A stretch of 64,000 nucleotides of DNA from an uncultured Alphaproteobacteria bacterium (GTDB lineage: Bacteria; Pseudomonadota; Alphaproteobacteria; Rhodobacterales; Rhodobacteraceae): contig CAVORP010000001.1 in NCBI GenBank assembly GCA_963698645.1, positions 380,507 through 444,506 on the forward strand, written 5' to 3'. The notes below the pieces were generated by a model that saw only the letters and a list, made by a program, of their open reading frames with translations, had not been told where the DNA came from and did not search any database. Shown here one piece after another: positions 1 to 10,803 of the stretch; within the stretch, counting starts at the first letter, position 1; the number at the start of each line of letters is the position of its first letter. A program made the position numbers and the translations under genes.

Positions 1-41
1 CTATTTGCGCCTCAGAGAAACGCGAACAGGATACCAGACCC

Positions 42-281
42 ATGACAACGACCGCCCGCCGGCCGCTTTGGCTCCGCCTCTTCTACCTGATCCCCATCAT
101 CGGCTGGACCGCCCGCGATATGGACAAGCACGGCGATGACAACCTCATTTGGGGTCTGGTCACGATCGTCGCGCTCTGGCTCTCGGCGATCCTGCTGTTC
201 GGTTATCCCGGCCTGATCATCCCGGCGCTTCTCTTGGTCCCCACGATCTTTCTCTACCTGATCCTGGTCAGCTGGGGTTAG
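42..281 (+). CDS. small hypothetical membrane protein
   Basis: 79 aa with hydrophobic segments; AGGA upstream; GC-rich third codon positions. Confidence 0.7.
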   Translation: MTTTARRPLWLRLFYLIPIIGWTARDMDKHGDDNLIWGLVTIVALWLSAILLFGYPGLIIPALLLVPTIFLYLILVSWG

Positions 282-332
282 GCCGCTCTACGGGACTTGG
301 CGGGCCGCCCCAGCACGGCTAGGTAAGGGATC

Positions 333-1532
333 ATGACCAGACCCCAGACCGACATCTTCATCTCCGGCGGCGGCATCGCGGGCCTCGTGGCCGCGGCCGC
401 CCTTGGGCGCGCGGGATTTTCCGTCGTGCTTGCCGACCCCGCGCCACCGGTGGCCGCGGCCGAGGATGACGGATCCGACCTGCGCTCCACCGCCTACCTG
501 CAACCCGCCCGCGACCTGCTGGACGCGACCGGCCTCTGGCCCGCACTCAGCACTCATGCGACACCCCTGCAAACGCTCCGGGTCATGGATACAGCCGACT
601 GGCCCCCGACCCTGCGCGCCGCACGGTCGTTCGAATCCAGCGATCTGGGCGACCGGCCCTTCGGATGGAACATCCCGAACTGGCTCACGCGCAAGGTTCT
701 TGCCGACACACTGACCGGGATGGATCGCGTCGACCTGCGCCTCGGCACCGGCTTCGCGGCGCTTGTGCAGCGCGAGGCCCATGCCATCGTCACTCTCACC
801 GACGGCAGCATGCTTCAGGCCCGCCTCGTGATCGGGGCCGACGGGCACGCCTCGCCCGTGCGCGAAGCCGCGGGGATCGGGACCGACATCCGCCGCTACG
901 GGCAAAAGGCCCTGGCCTTCTCCGTGACCCACCCCCATCCGCACAACAATGTCTCGACCGAGATCTACAACCGGGGCGGCGCCTTTACCCTCGTCCCCAT
1001 GCGCGACCATCAGGGCGGACCCGCCTCCGCCGTGGTCTGGATGAATGACGGCGCCCGGGCCCAAGAGCTTCTGACCGCCGAAATCCCGGCCTTCGAGGCC
1101 GAAATGACCGAGCGTTCCATGGGCGTTCTGGGTCACCTTACGCTGGCCAGCCCGCGCCGGATCTGGCCGGTGGTCACGCAATCTGCCCGCGCCCTGACCG
1201 CCCGCCGTGTCGCGCTCGTGGCCGAAGCCGCCCATGTGCTGCCGCCGATCGGCGCACAGGGGCTCAACACCTCGCTCAATGATATCGCGGCACTGGTCCA
1301 GCTTGCGGAAAAAGCCCCCGATACGCTGGGCAGCGCCGCGATGCTCGCCGCTTACGAAAAGGCCCGCGCCCGCGACACCCGGACCCGCGCCCGGGTGATC
1401 GACCTGTTCAACCGCGTCTGCAAATCCGACGACGTTCAGGTTCAGGCCCTGCGCCTTGCCGGGCTGAAGGCCGTGCATGACATCGCCCCCCTGCGCCGCA
1501 CGGTGATGCAGGCCGGGCTGGGCTCGCGCTGA
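333..1532 (+). CDS. UbiH/UbiF/UbiL-family FAD-dependent hydroxylase (ubiquinone biosynthesis)
   Basis: GGGIAG FAD motif, IGADG..S.VR, AEAAHVLPPIGAQGLN. Confidence 0.88.
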   Translation: MTRPQTDIFISGGGIAGLVAAAALGRAGFSVVLADPAPPVAAAEDDGSDLRSTAYLQPARDLLDATGLWPALSTHATPLQTLRVMDTADWPPTLRAARSFESSDLGDRPFGWNIPNWLTRKVLADTLTGMDRVDLRLGTGFAALVQREAHAIVTLTDGSMLQARLVIGADGHASPVREAAGIGTDIRRYGQKALAFSVTHPHPHNNVSTEIYNRGGAFTLVPMRDHQGGPASAVVWMNDGARAQELLTAEIPAFEAEMTERSMGVLGHLTLASPRRIWPVVTQSARALTARRVALVAEAAHVLPPIGAQGLNTSLNDIAALVQLAEKAPDTLGSAAMLAAYEKARARDTRTRARVIDLFNRVCKSDDVQVQALRLAGLKAVHDIAPLRRTVMQAGLGSR

Positions 1533-1538
1533 CCCCGG

Positions 1539-2666
1539 TCAGGCGACCTTGTCGAGCACCGCCTCAAGCCGCGCAAGGCTCGCATCCACATCCTTCAGCT
1601 TGTCGATGCCGAACAACCCGATCCGGAAGCTTTTGTAATCCGGTCCCTCGTCCACCATCAACGGCACACCGGCGGCGATCTGAACGCCCTCGCGCGCAAA
1701 CGCCCGGCCCGTCTGGATCTCGGGATCGTCGGTATAGCTCACCACAACACCCGGCGCGCCGAACCCCTCGGCCGCGACCGACCGGAACCCCTTGGCCGCC
1801 AGAAGCGCGCGCACCCGTTCGCCCTGCTCCCATTGCGCCGATTTCAACCGCTCGAAACCCCAGTCCTTCGCTTCGACCATGGCATCGCGGAACCCGCGCA
1901 AGGCATCTGTGGGCACCGTTGCATGATAGGCATGCCCGCCGCCTTCATAAGCCTCCATGATCTGAAGCCACTTTCCCAGATCTATGGAAAAACTCGTGGA
2001 ATGCGTCTCGCGAACCCGCGCCGCCGCCGCTGCCGACAGCATCACGCAGCCCGCCGATGGCGAGGCCGACCAGCCCTTTTGCGGGGCCGAGATCACCACA
2101 TCGACACCCGTGGCTTCCATATCGACCCAGACACAACCCGACGCGATGCAATCCAGCACGAACAGACCGCCCACCTCATGCACCGCATCGGCGATGGCGC
2201 GCAGGTAATCATCGGGCAGGATCATCCCCGCACTCGTCTCCACATGGGGGGCAAAGACCACGCCCGGGGCCTCGGCCCGGATCCGCGCGACCACATCCTC
2301 CACCGGCGGGGGCGCGAACGGCGCCTGCGGGTCGTTTCCGTTCCGCCGCGCCTTCATCACGATCTCTTCCGCCGGGATCCGCCCCGCCTCGAATATCTGC
2401 GTCCAGCGGTAGGAGAACCAGCCGTTGCGGATCACCAGCGCCTTCTGATCCGTCGCCAGTTGCCGCGCCACGGCCTCCATCGCATAGGTCCCGCCACCCG
2501 GAACCAGAGCCACCGCATCGGCCCGGTACACCTCGCGCAGCATCGCCGAGATATCGCGCATGACACCCTGAAACGCGGCGCTCATATGATTCAGCGACCG
2601 GTCGGTGAACACGACCGAGAATTCCAGCAATCCGTCGGGGTCGATCTCGGGCAGCAAGGCAGGCAT
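1539..2666 (-). CDS. class V PLP-dependent aminotransferase (serine/alanine-glyoxylate type)
   Basis: GGGTYAMEA, HVETSAG, LDCIASG, SAPQKGW (PLP lysine). Confidence 0.88.
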   Translation of the reverse strand: MPALLPEIDPDGLLEFSVVFTDRSLNHMSAAFQGVMRDISAMLREVYRADAVALVPGGGTYAMEAVARQLATDQKALVIRNGWFSYRWTQIFEAGRIPAEEIVMKARRNGNDPQAPFAPPPVEDVVARIRAEAPGVVFAPHVETSAGMILPDDYLRAIADAVHEVGGLFVLDCIASGCVWVDMEATGVDVVISAPQKGWSASPSAGCVMLSAAAAARVRETHSTSFSIDLGKWLQIMEAYEGGGHAYHATVPTDALRGFRDAMVEAKDWGFERLKSAQWEQGERVRALLAAKGFRSVAAEGFGAPGVVVSYTDDPEIQTGRAFAREGVQIAAGVPLMVDEGPDYKSFRIGLFGIDKLKDVDASLARLEAVLDKVA

Positions 2667-2777
2667 GGGCGCGGTCTCCTTCGTTCAAACCGATCACCGG
2701 CCTAGACCAGCGCTCGGGACATTGCAAAACGTTATTGTAGAGCAGGGGCCCCCCGCGTCATCCCGGCGCAGGTGCGA

Positions 2778-3143
2778 CTATTCGTGCTGCACGATCACCG
2801 TCTCGAAATCATCCGCGCCGATGACCTCGGTATGATGCCCCTTGCCGCCGATATCCTCCATCCGCCAGACATCGCCGGGCCCGATCTCGCGCGCCTCGCC
2901 ATCGCTCGCGGTCACCCGCGCGACCCCGCGCAGACAGATCAGGGTCTGCCGGATCGGCGTCGGGTGGATCGGCTCGTTCCAGCCCGCCTTCAGCCGCAGG
3001 AACAACATCGCCTTGGCGGAATGCGGCGCCGAAATCTCGATCGCCTTCGCGGGCGGCGCGAAACTGCGCTCCTCCAGCCTCACGTCCACATCGCGCCAAT
3101 GGCTCTCGCCCGCCGCATCCGAATAAAGATGATGGTACTTCAT
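2778..3143 (-). CDS. cupin domain protein
   Basis: Start MKYHHLYSDAAGESHW after GGAGG; HPTP..Q, GPGD...MED..GKGH cupin motifs. Confidence 0.8.
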   Translation of the reverse strand: MKYHHLYSDAAGESHWRDVDVRLEERSFAPPAKAIEISAPHSAKAMLFLRLKAGWNEPIHPTPIRQTLICLRGVARVTASDGEAREIGPGDVWRMEDIGGKGHHTEVIGADDFETVIVQHE

Positions 3144-3162
3144 GTGCCTCCGGTCTGTTGCT

Positions 3163-3621
3163 TCAGCCGATCGGTCCCGGTCGGCGCTCCTCGGACAAAA
3201 GCACATTCGCCTCGACACTGCCAACACCCGGCAGCGTCATGATCCGCCGCCGCAACACCCGCTCGAAATCCGAGATATCCCGCGCCACCACCCGCAGGCG
3301 GTAGTCGTAAAGCCCCAGCACATGATGCACCGCCTGCACTTCCGGGATCGCCACCACCGCGCGCTCGAAATCCTCAAGGCTCACCCGCCCCTTGGTGGCA
3401 AGCTTCACCCCCAGAAACACCGTCACCCCGAAGCCCGCCTTCCCCAGATCCAGATCGATCCGCCGCCCCGTGATCACCCCCGCCTCGGTCAGCCGCCGGA
3501 TCCGTCGCCACGCGGCAGGCTGCGACAACCCCAGACCGCGCCCCACTGCCCCCGCCGACAGCGTCCCGTCTGCGGCCAGAACCCGCAGGATCCGGCGGTC
3601 CGTCTCGTCCAGATCAATCAC
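3163..3621 (-). CDS. Lrp/AsnC family transcriptional regulator
   Basis: LDETDRRIL..L, GLSQPAAWRRIRRL HTH, IPEV...GLYDY. Confidence 0.92.
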   Translation of the reverse strand: MIDLDETDRRILRVLAADGTLSAGAVGRGLGLSQPAAWRRIRRLTEAGVITGRRIDLDLGKAGFGVTVFLGVKLATKGRVSLEDFERAVVAIPEVQAVHHVLGLYDYRLRVVARDISDFERVLRRRIMTLPGVGSVEANVLLSEERRPGPIG

Positions 3622-4073
3622 AGCGGCAACACCGTGTCGGATTTGATCGCCGCCACCTGCATCAGCGCCTCGATATCCGACAGATGCGGCAGGGTCAGGA
3701 TCCGCTCGCGATAGACCTGCTGATAATGCGCCATGTCGCGGGCAAGGATCGACAGCCGCACATCGACCCGTCCCAGAAAGGTCTGGATCTCGGCCACCTC
3801 CGGCACCTCCCGCGCCGCCGCCAGAAAATCGTCGAACGCATTGGCCGAGGTCTTGTCCAGCGTCACCCGCAACGACACCTCCACCTCGTATCCCAGGGCG
3901 CGCCAGTCGATCACCGCATGAACTCCGCGGATCACGCCATCGGCCTTCAGCCGGTCCACCCGGCGCGACAGGGCGGCGGGCGACACACCGGCCCGCACGG
4001 CAAGGTCCGAGCCGCTCGCTTCCGGCGTCGCGATCATCTGGCGCAGGATGCGCCGGTCGGTATCGTCAAGCAT
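3618..4073 (-). CDS. Lrp/AsnC family transcriptional regulator
   Basis: LDDTDRRIL, HTH, VPEV...GRVD; 4-nt overlap with the paralogue. Confidence 0.92.
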   Translation of the reverse strand: MLDDTDRRILRQMIATPEASGSDLAVRAGVSPAALSRRVDRLKADGVIRGVHAVIDWRALGYEVEVSLRVTLDKTSANAFDDFLAAAREVPEVAEIQTFLGRVDVRLSILARDMAHYQQVYRERILTLPHLSDIEALMQVAAIKSDTVLPL

Positions 4074-4122
4074 GATTTTCCCTGAATTACGCTCTTATAC
4101 GAATGGTATTTTCACATAATGA

Positions 4123-5229
<1,107 letters not shown>

Positions 5230-5247
5230 GGTCCAGAAGGAGGGCAA

Positions 5248-5880
5248 GTGACCGAGATACGGATCATCCCGGCGCCCCTGGCCCTCAAACCCGCCATCCT
5301 GGCCCTGTCGCGCGCGACCTACGAAGAGCATCGCGCGCGACAACCCTTCGCTTTCCCCGAAAACGGCTTCGAGCAAACCGTCGTCCCGCTGCTCGATGCG
5401 GCCTTTCGGGGCGAGACGGGGCAATTGTCCGAAAGCCCCAACATCTTCGCCGCCATGGCAGGCACAGACATCGCCGGCTACATGCTCCTGTCACATTGGG
5501 CCCGGTCCGACGGCCCCGACATGCACTATGTCAGCATCGACGATATCTGCGTCCGCCCGGAACTGCGCGGGAAAGGCATTGCGCGGGCGCTGCTGGACCA
5601 CGCCCGAACTCTCGCCGCTACCCGCGACTGGGACAATCTCGTGGCCACGATCTGGGACGGCAACACCGCTTCCCGCGCCCTGTTCGAATCCGCCGGTTTC
5701 GACGTTCAGTCGCGCACCTACCGCCTTGGCCCGACCCGACAGGCCCGGAACTATCCCGCCATTCCGGGCAAGGCGGGATGGACTCTCTGGGGCGTCCTTC
5801 TCTGGGGGCTTTCGGTCATCATCGCCGCGCTCCTGATCGTCATTGCCATCTTGCTCTTGAAGGGGCCCGGCGGAATCTGA
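5248..5880 (+). CDS. GNAT acetyltransferase with C-terminal transmembrane helix
   Basis: VRPELRGKGIA motif A, N.ASRALFESAGF; hydrophobic tail. Confidence 0.8.
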   Translation: MTEIRIIPAPLALKPAILALSRATYEEHRARQPFAFPENGFEQTVVPLLDAAFRGETGQLSESPNIFAAMAGTDIAGYMLLSHWARSDGPDMHYVSIDDICVRPELRGKGIARALLDHARTLAATRDWDNLVATIWDGNTASRALFESAGFDVQSRTYRLGPTRQARNYPAIPGKAGWTLWGVLLWGLSVIIAALLIVIAILLLKGPGGI

Positions 5881-5915
5881 CATCAGGGCACATCGCGCAA
5901 GGAGCCCCCAAGGCC

Positions 5916-6827
5916 ATGACCCCCACGCAACCGGACGGTCCCGGACCAAAGGACTGGCTCTCGATCCTCGCCCTTGGCGTGATCTGGGGATCCTCCTTCC
6001 TGTCCGCCAAGATCGCGCTGGACGGGCTGGGTCCGCTGACCCTTGCGGCCGCGCGCGTGACCTTGGGCGGCCTGATCCTGCTTCTGGTGATGCGCATCGG
6101 CGGGCAGGTCCTGCCCAGCGGTCGCCGCGCCCTGGCAGCCGTGGCAAGTTTCGCGGTCTTCTCCCACGCCCTGCCCTTCTTCCTCCTGAACTGGGCGCAA
6201 CAGACAGTGCCCTCGTCCTTCGCCGGCGTCTCCATGGCCGCCGTGCCCCTGTTCGTCCTGCCCCTCGCCGTGCTGCTCGTTCCCGGCGAACGGTTCGGCT
6301 GGATCAAGCTTCTGGGCCTCGTCCTCGGGTTTCTCGGCGTCGTCATCCTGATCGGCCCGGACAAGGTTCTCTCCGGCCCCGATGCCGCCCTGCCCCGGCT
6401 GGCCTGCGTCGCGGCGGCGCTCTGCTACGCGATCGGCGGCATCACCACCCGCCTCGCCCCGCCGATGGATCAGATCGGCTTCTCCGCCGCCGCACTCACC
6501 GGGGCGGCGATCCTGACGATCCCCGGCGCGCTCCTGATCGAAGGCCCGCCCGCGCTGCCCGACACCCGCACCCTCGCGGCCACGATCTACCTCGCCGCAG
6601 GCCCCACCGCGATCGCGGCGCTGATCCTCGTGCGCACGGTCCGCGCCGCAGGGCCCACCTTCCTGTCGCTGGTCAATTACATGGTCCCGGTCTGGGCAAT
6701 CGTTCTGGGCGCGATCATCCTGTCCGAACCCCTGCCGGGAAGCTTCCTGATCGCAGGCGCGCTGATCCTCACCGGCGTCGCGCTCAGCCAATGGAACGCG
6801 CTCCGGCGGCTCTGGACCACGCCCTGA
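5916..6827 (+). CDS. DMT/EamA family transporter
   Basis: Start MTPTQPDG after AAGGAG; IWGSSF, about 10 TM helices. Confidence 0.9.
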   Translation: MTPTQPDGPGPKDWLSILALGVIWGSSFLSAKIALDGLGPLTLAAARVTLGGLILLLVMRIGGQVLPSGRRALAAVASFAVFSHALPFFLLNWAQQTVPSSFAGVSMAAVPLFVLPLAVLLVPGERFGWIKLLGLVLGFLGVVILIGPDKVLSGPDAALPRLACVAAALCYAIGGITTRLAPPMDQIGFSAAALTGAAILTIPGALLIEGPPALPDTRTLAATIYLAAGPTAIAALILVRTVRAAGPTFLSLVNYMVPVWAIVLGAIILSEPLPGSFLIAGALILTGVALSQWNALRRLWTTP

Positions 6828-6895
6828 CAGCGCTGCACCGTCCCGGTGCAATCCTGCACAATTGCAATGGAACGGCGCGCCCCCATCTGGGCGCG

Positions 6896-7462
6896 ATGAC
6901 ACATCTCAGCATCCATACCCGCGACGGCTGGCCAGACGAGGCAGCAACCCTGCTCGCGCAATATCCCCGCGACGCCTGGCCGGATCACCCCAACTTCGCC
7001 CGCTCCATCGACAACTGGATGGGCGCACATCAGGGCTTTCGCCAACTGGGCCGCATCGTCGCGGCCGAGACCGAGGCCTATCTCGATCGTCGTATCGGGG
7101 CCGAGGACTATGCCCCGCGCCTGTCGCGCTACGGCGATCTCCTCGTCCGCAACCTCCACGGCCACCACACCTGGGAGGACCGGTCCTTCTTCCCCGAGAT
7201 CCGCGCGGCCGACCGGCGTTTCGATCAGGGGCTGGAAACGCTCGAATCCGACCACGGCGTCCTCGATCAAACCATCGAGCGTCTGACCCGCGAGGCGAAC
7301 CGCGTCCTGAAGCTCACCCAGCTCGACGAGCCACAGGCCCGCACCGAGGCAGGCGGGCTTCACGACACCGCCACCCGGATCGAGGCGTTCCTGCAACGCC
7401 ACCTGACCGACGAAGAAGACCTGATCGTCCCGATCCTCCTGCATCACAAGATGCGCGGGTGA
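6896..7462 (+). CDS. hemerythrin (HHE) domain protein
   Basis: WMGAHQGFR, HGHHTWED..FFP, LESDH, HLTDEEDLIVP. Confidence 0.85.
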   Translation: MTHLSIHTRDGWPDEAATLLAQYPRDAWPDHPNFARSIDNWMGAHQGFRQLGRIVAAETEAYLDRRIGAEDYAPRLSRYGDLLVRNLHGHHTWEDRSFFPEIRAADRRFDQGLETLESDHGVLDQTIERLTREANRVLKLTQLDEPQARTEAGGLHDTATRIEAFLQRHLTDEEDLIVPILLHHKMRG

Positions 7463-7504
7463 CATCAATGGCTTGACCCCGGTCCCGCACCGGGGTCTGT
7501 CAGC

Positions 7505-8425
7505 GTGATGACGACTCCCTCTCCCGACGCGCCCGGCGCTCTGAACTGGTTTCTCATCCTCGCGCTCGGCGTCGTCTGGGGCACCGCGTTTCTCAGCGTT
7601 GGACTGGCACTCGAAGGTTACGGGCCGCTCTGGGTCGCCGCGGGGCGCACCGCCCTCGCCGCGGCGATCCTTTCCGCGGGCGGCACGATGCTGGGCCAGG
7701 GGTTGGGCCAACTCGCCTCGCGCCGCGCATGGGGCTTCGTCACGGTGATCGGCGCGGGCACCATCGCGGTCCCCTTCCTGCTGTTATCCTGGGGCCTGCA
7801 ACATGTCCCCACGGCCTTCGGTGGCGTGGCCATGGGCGCCGTGCCGCTGCTGATTCTACCCCTCGTCTACCTGTTCTCCCCCGAAGAGGGGATCGGACCG
7901 CGCCGCATCGCAGGGGTCGCGCTCGGCTTCGTCGGGCTTGCCCTGCTGGTTGGCCCCGGTGCCTTCGAAAGTGGCGGCGAACCCGCGATCCTCGCCCGCT
8001 TCGCCTGTGTCGGCGCCGCCGCCTGCTATGCGATCGGATCGATCCTCACGCGCCGGGCACCGCCCATGCCCCCTATCGCGCTGGCGGCCTCGACGATGCT
8101 GGTGGCCTCGATCCTGCTCGTCCCTCTCGCCCTTGCGGTCGAAGGACCGCCACCCCTTGCCTTCGACCGTCCCACCGCCGCGATGATCTACAGCGCGGCC
8201 CTGCCCACCGCGCTGGCAAGCTTCCTCCGCGTCCGGGTGATCACCACCGCGGGCTCCGTCTTCATGTCACTGGTCAGCTACATGGTGCCGGTCTGGGCGG
8301 TGATCTTCGGCATCACCCTGATGGGCGAGGACCTTCCCCCCACCCTGTTCAAGGCACTGGCCCTCATCCTCGCCGGCATCGCCCTCTCGCAATGGAGAAG
8401 CCTTGCCAGCCTGCTTCGCCGCTAA
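7505..8425 (+). CDS. DMT/EamA family transporter (paralogue of 5916..6827)
   Basis: VWGTAF, about 10 TM helices, [11 protein letters not shown]. Confidence 0.9.
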   Translation: MMTTPSPDAPGALNWFLILALGVVWGTAFLSVGLALEGYGPLWVAAGRTALAAAILSAGGTMLGQGLGQLASRRAWGFVTVIGAGTIAVPFLLLSWGLQHVPTAFGGVAMGAVPLLILPLVYLFSPEEGIGPRRIAGVALGFVGLALLVGPGAFESGGEPAILARFACVGAAACYAIGSILTRRAPPMPPIALAASTMLVASILLVPLALAVEGPPPLAFDRPTAAMIYSAALPTALASFLRVRVITTAGSVFMSLVSYMVPVWAVIFGITLMGEDLPPTLFKALALILAGIALSQWRSLASLLRR

Positions 8426-9766
8426 CCCGCCGCCTCGACCTCGGCCACGATCCCGTCCACCACCTGGTGCAAAAGACCCTCGTCCTCGCATTCGGCCATG
8501 ACCCGGATCAACGGTTCGGTCCCGGATTTCCGGATCAACAGACGCCCCGCGCCCTTCAACAGTCCCTCGGCATCGGCTATCGCCGCCTTGACCGACGCCA
8601 GTTCAAGCGGATCTGCCCCCGAAGCATAGCGCACGTTCCGAAGCATCTGCGGCACCGGCGCGAAATTGTGTGCCAGCGCACTGGCCGGACGGCCCGTCTG
8701 CACCATCTCGGCCAGGAATTGAAGCCCGGCGACAAGGCCGTCACCGGTGGTCGCATAATCGGTCAGGACGATATGGCCGGACTGTTCGCCACCCATGTTG
8801 AACCCGCCCTTGCGCATCGCCTCGACCACATAACGGTCGCCCACCGCCGGTCCGGTGCAGGGTGATGCCGTTCGCACCAAGGAACCGCTCCAGCCCCAGA
8901 TTGGACATCACCGTCGCGACAAGCGTGTTGCCGTTCAGCCGTCCCTCGCTGGCCCAGCGCGCGGCCAGAAGCGCCATCACCTGATCGCCATCGGCAACGG
9001 TGCCGGTCTCGTCCAAGATCATCACCCGGTCGGCATCGCCGTCCAGACAGATCCCCACATCCGCCCCATGGGCGATCACCGCCTCCGCCGCCGTCCGCGT
9101 ATCGGTGGATCCGCAGCCAAGGTTGATGTTGGTGCCGTTGGGATTGACCCCCACCGGGATCACCTCGGCCCCCAGTTCCCAAAGAACCTGCGGCGCCGAA
9201 AGATAGGCCGCCCCGTTCGCGCAATCGATCACCACCTTCAGCCCATCAAGGCGCAGGGCCCCGGGAAAGGTCGATTTCGCCCGCTCGATATAGCGGTACA
9301 CACCATCGTCGATCCGCTTCGCGCGCCCGATATTCGCGGCCTCCGCCAGTTCGATTTCGGATCCGAGGATCGCCTCGATCTCGGCCTCCGCCTCGTCCGA
9401 AAGCTTGTAGCCATCGGGGCCAAAGAACTTGATCCCGTTGTCATGGTGCGGGTTGTGGCTGGCGGAGATCATGACGCCCACATCGGCCCGCATCGAATGG
9501 GTCAAAAGCCCCACCGCCGGCGTCGGCACCGGCCCCAGAAGCAGGACGTTCATGCCCGTCGAGGTGAACCCCGCCGTCAGCGCGTTCTCGAACATGTAGC
9601 CCGACAACCGGGTATCCTTGCCGATCACCACCCGGTGCCCGGCGGCCCCGTCGCGGCGGAAATACCGCCCCGCCGCCGCGCCCAGCCGCAAGGCCATCTC
9701 TGCCGTCATCGGGAATGTATTGGCCGTGCCCCGCACGCCATCCGTGCCGAAAAGGGTCCGTGTCAT
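8422..9766 (-). CDS. glmM: phosphoglucosamine mutase (frameshift near 8849, probably artefact)
   Basis: [41 protein letters not shown] split over two frames. Confidence 0.95.
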
Positions 9767-9949
9767 GATCGGTGTCCTTGCTGCCTGAAACCTGCCCGCG
9801 GGCTTACCGCACCTTCGCCGCCGGCCAAAGGGCCAGGGCCGGATTTGTCAGCAATGTATCATGAACGCGGACAATCTGACCAGCTTGCGCCGAAACGCCC
9901 CCGCCCCGCCGCAACTCGCACACCCGCGACCGGCACCGACCGGCAAGGC

Positions 9950-10627
9950 TCAGTTCGACGCGACGCGACGCTCCTGCCGGTAGAAATGGTGATAGCCGAT
10001 GGTCGCCGTGCGCGGATAGACCCGGGCCCAGCGCGGATTGACCGACTTGGTATGGTAGTGCGTGGCCCCGTTGGTCAGGTCCGCAGGCGCCTCGCCCGAC
10101 AGCATCAGCCGCGCGATCTTGCCCACCTTGTTCCACGCACGGGGCTCGCGGATCACCTCTTTCTGCCCGTCGCAGGCATAGGTGAACTGGCACTGATACT
10201 TCTTGCCGGTCCCCTGATAGATGACGCCACAGACCGTGTCGGGATAATTCGTGCTCTCGACCCGGTTCAGGATCACCTCGGCCACGGCAAAGATGCCCTT
10301 CACGCTCTCGCCCCGCGCCTCGAAATACAACGCTTCGGTCAGGCAGCGCCATGTCTCGTTTCCGTTCGCCGGCGGCAGGTTCTTCAGGAACGACGCGTCA
10401 TAGCGCATGGTCTCGACCGCGCGCGCAGGCTCGGTCCGAAGACGGTCCATCCGCCGCTGCGTGACCGAGGTCAGACCGGCATGGTCGGACCCCAGAACAC
10501 TGCGCACGGCATCCGAGAACACCACGCGCGGGTTATTCGATTGACTTACGATCATTTCGGCTTGCGCGACAGATGCACAACAAAGCGCCAAACAAAACGC
10601 AGCCCACAAAGTGGGTCGTTTGATCAT
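9950..10627 (-). CDS. cell wall hydrolase (SleB/Hydrolase_2)
   Basis: Signal peptide; CLTEALYFEARGE, VILNRV, CQFT, GATHYH...V.P.W. Confidence 0.92.
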   Translation of the reverse strand: MIKRPTLWAAFCLALCCASVAQAEMIVSQSNNPRVVFSDAVRSVLGSDHAGLTSVTQRRMDRLRTEPARAVETMRYDASFLKNLPPANGNETWRCLTEALYFEARGESVKGIFAVAEVILNRVESTNYPDTVCGVIYQGTGKKYQCQFTYACDGQKEVIREPRAWNKVGKIARLMLSGEAPADLTNGATHYHTKSVNPRWARVYPRTATIGYHHFYRQERRVASN

Positions 10628-10803
10628 GGAGCCCCCTCCAACTTTCGATGCGCAGGGGCCGCGTTCCCCTACCGGTTTCGTCGGACGGGATAGCGCAACA
10701 TTTCGGGAAGGTCCAGCCTCGCCCCGGAACACATTGTTTTCACTTGGGAACCGATCCGTTTACCTTGATGCTGCAGCGCAGAAACTCTTCGGTTATCAAA
10801 GTG

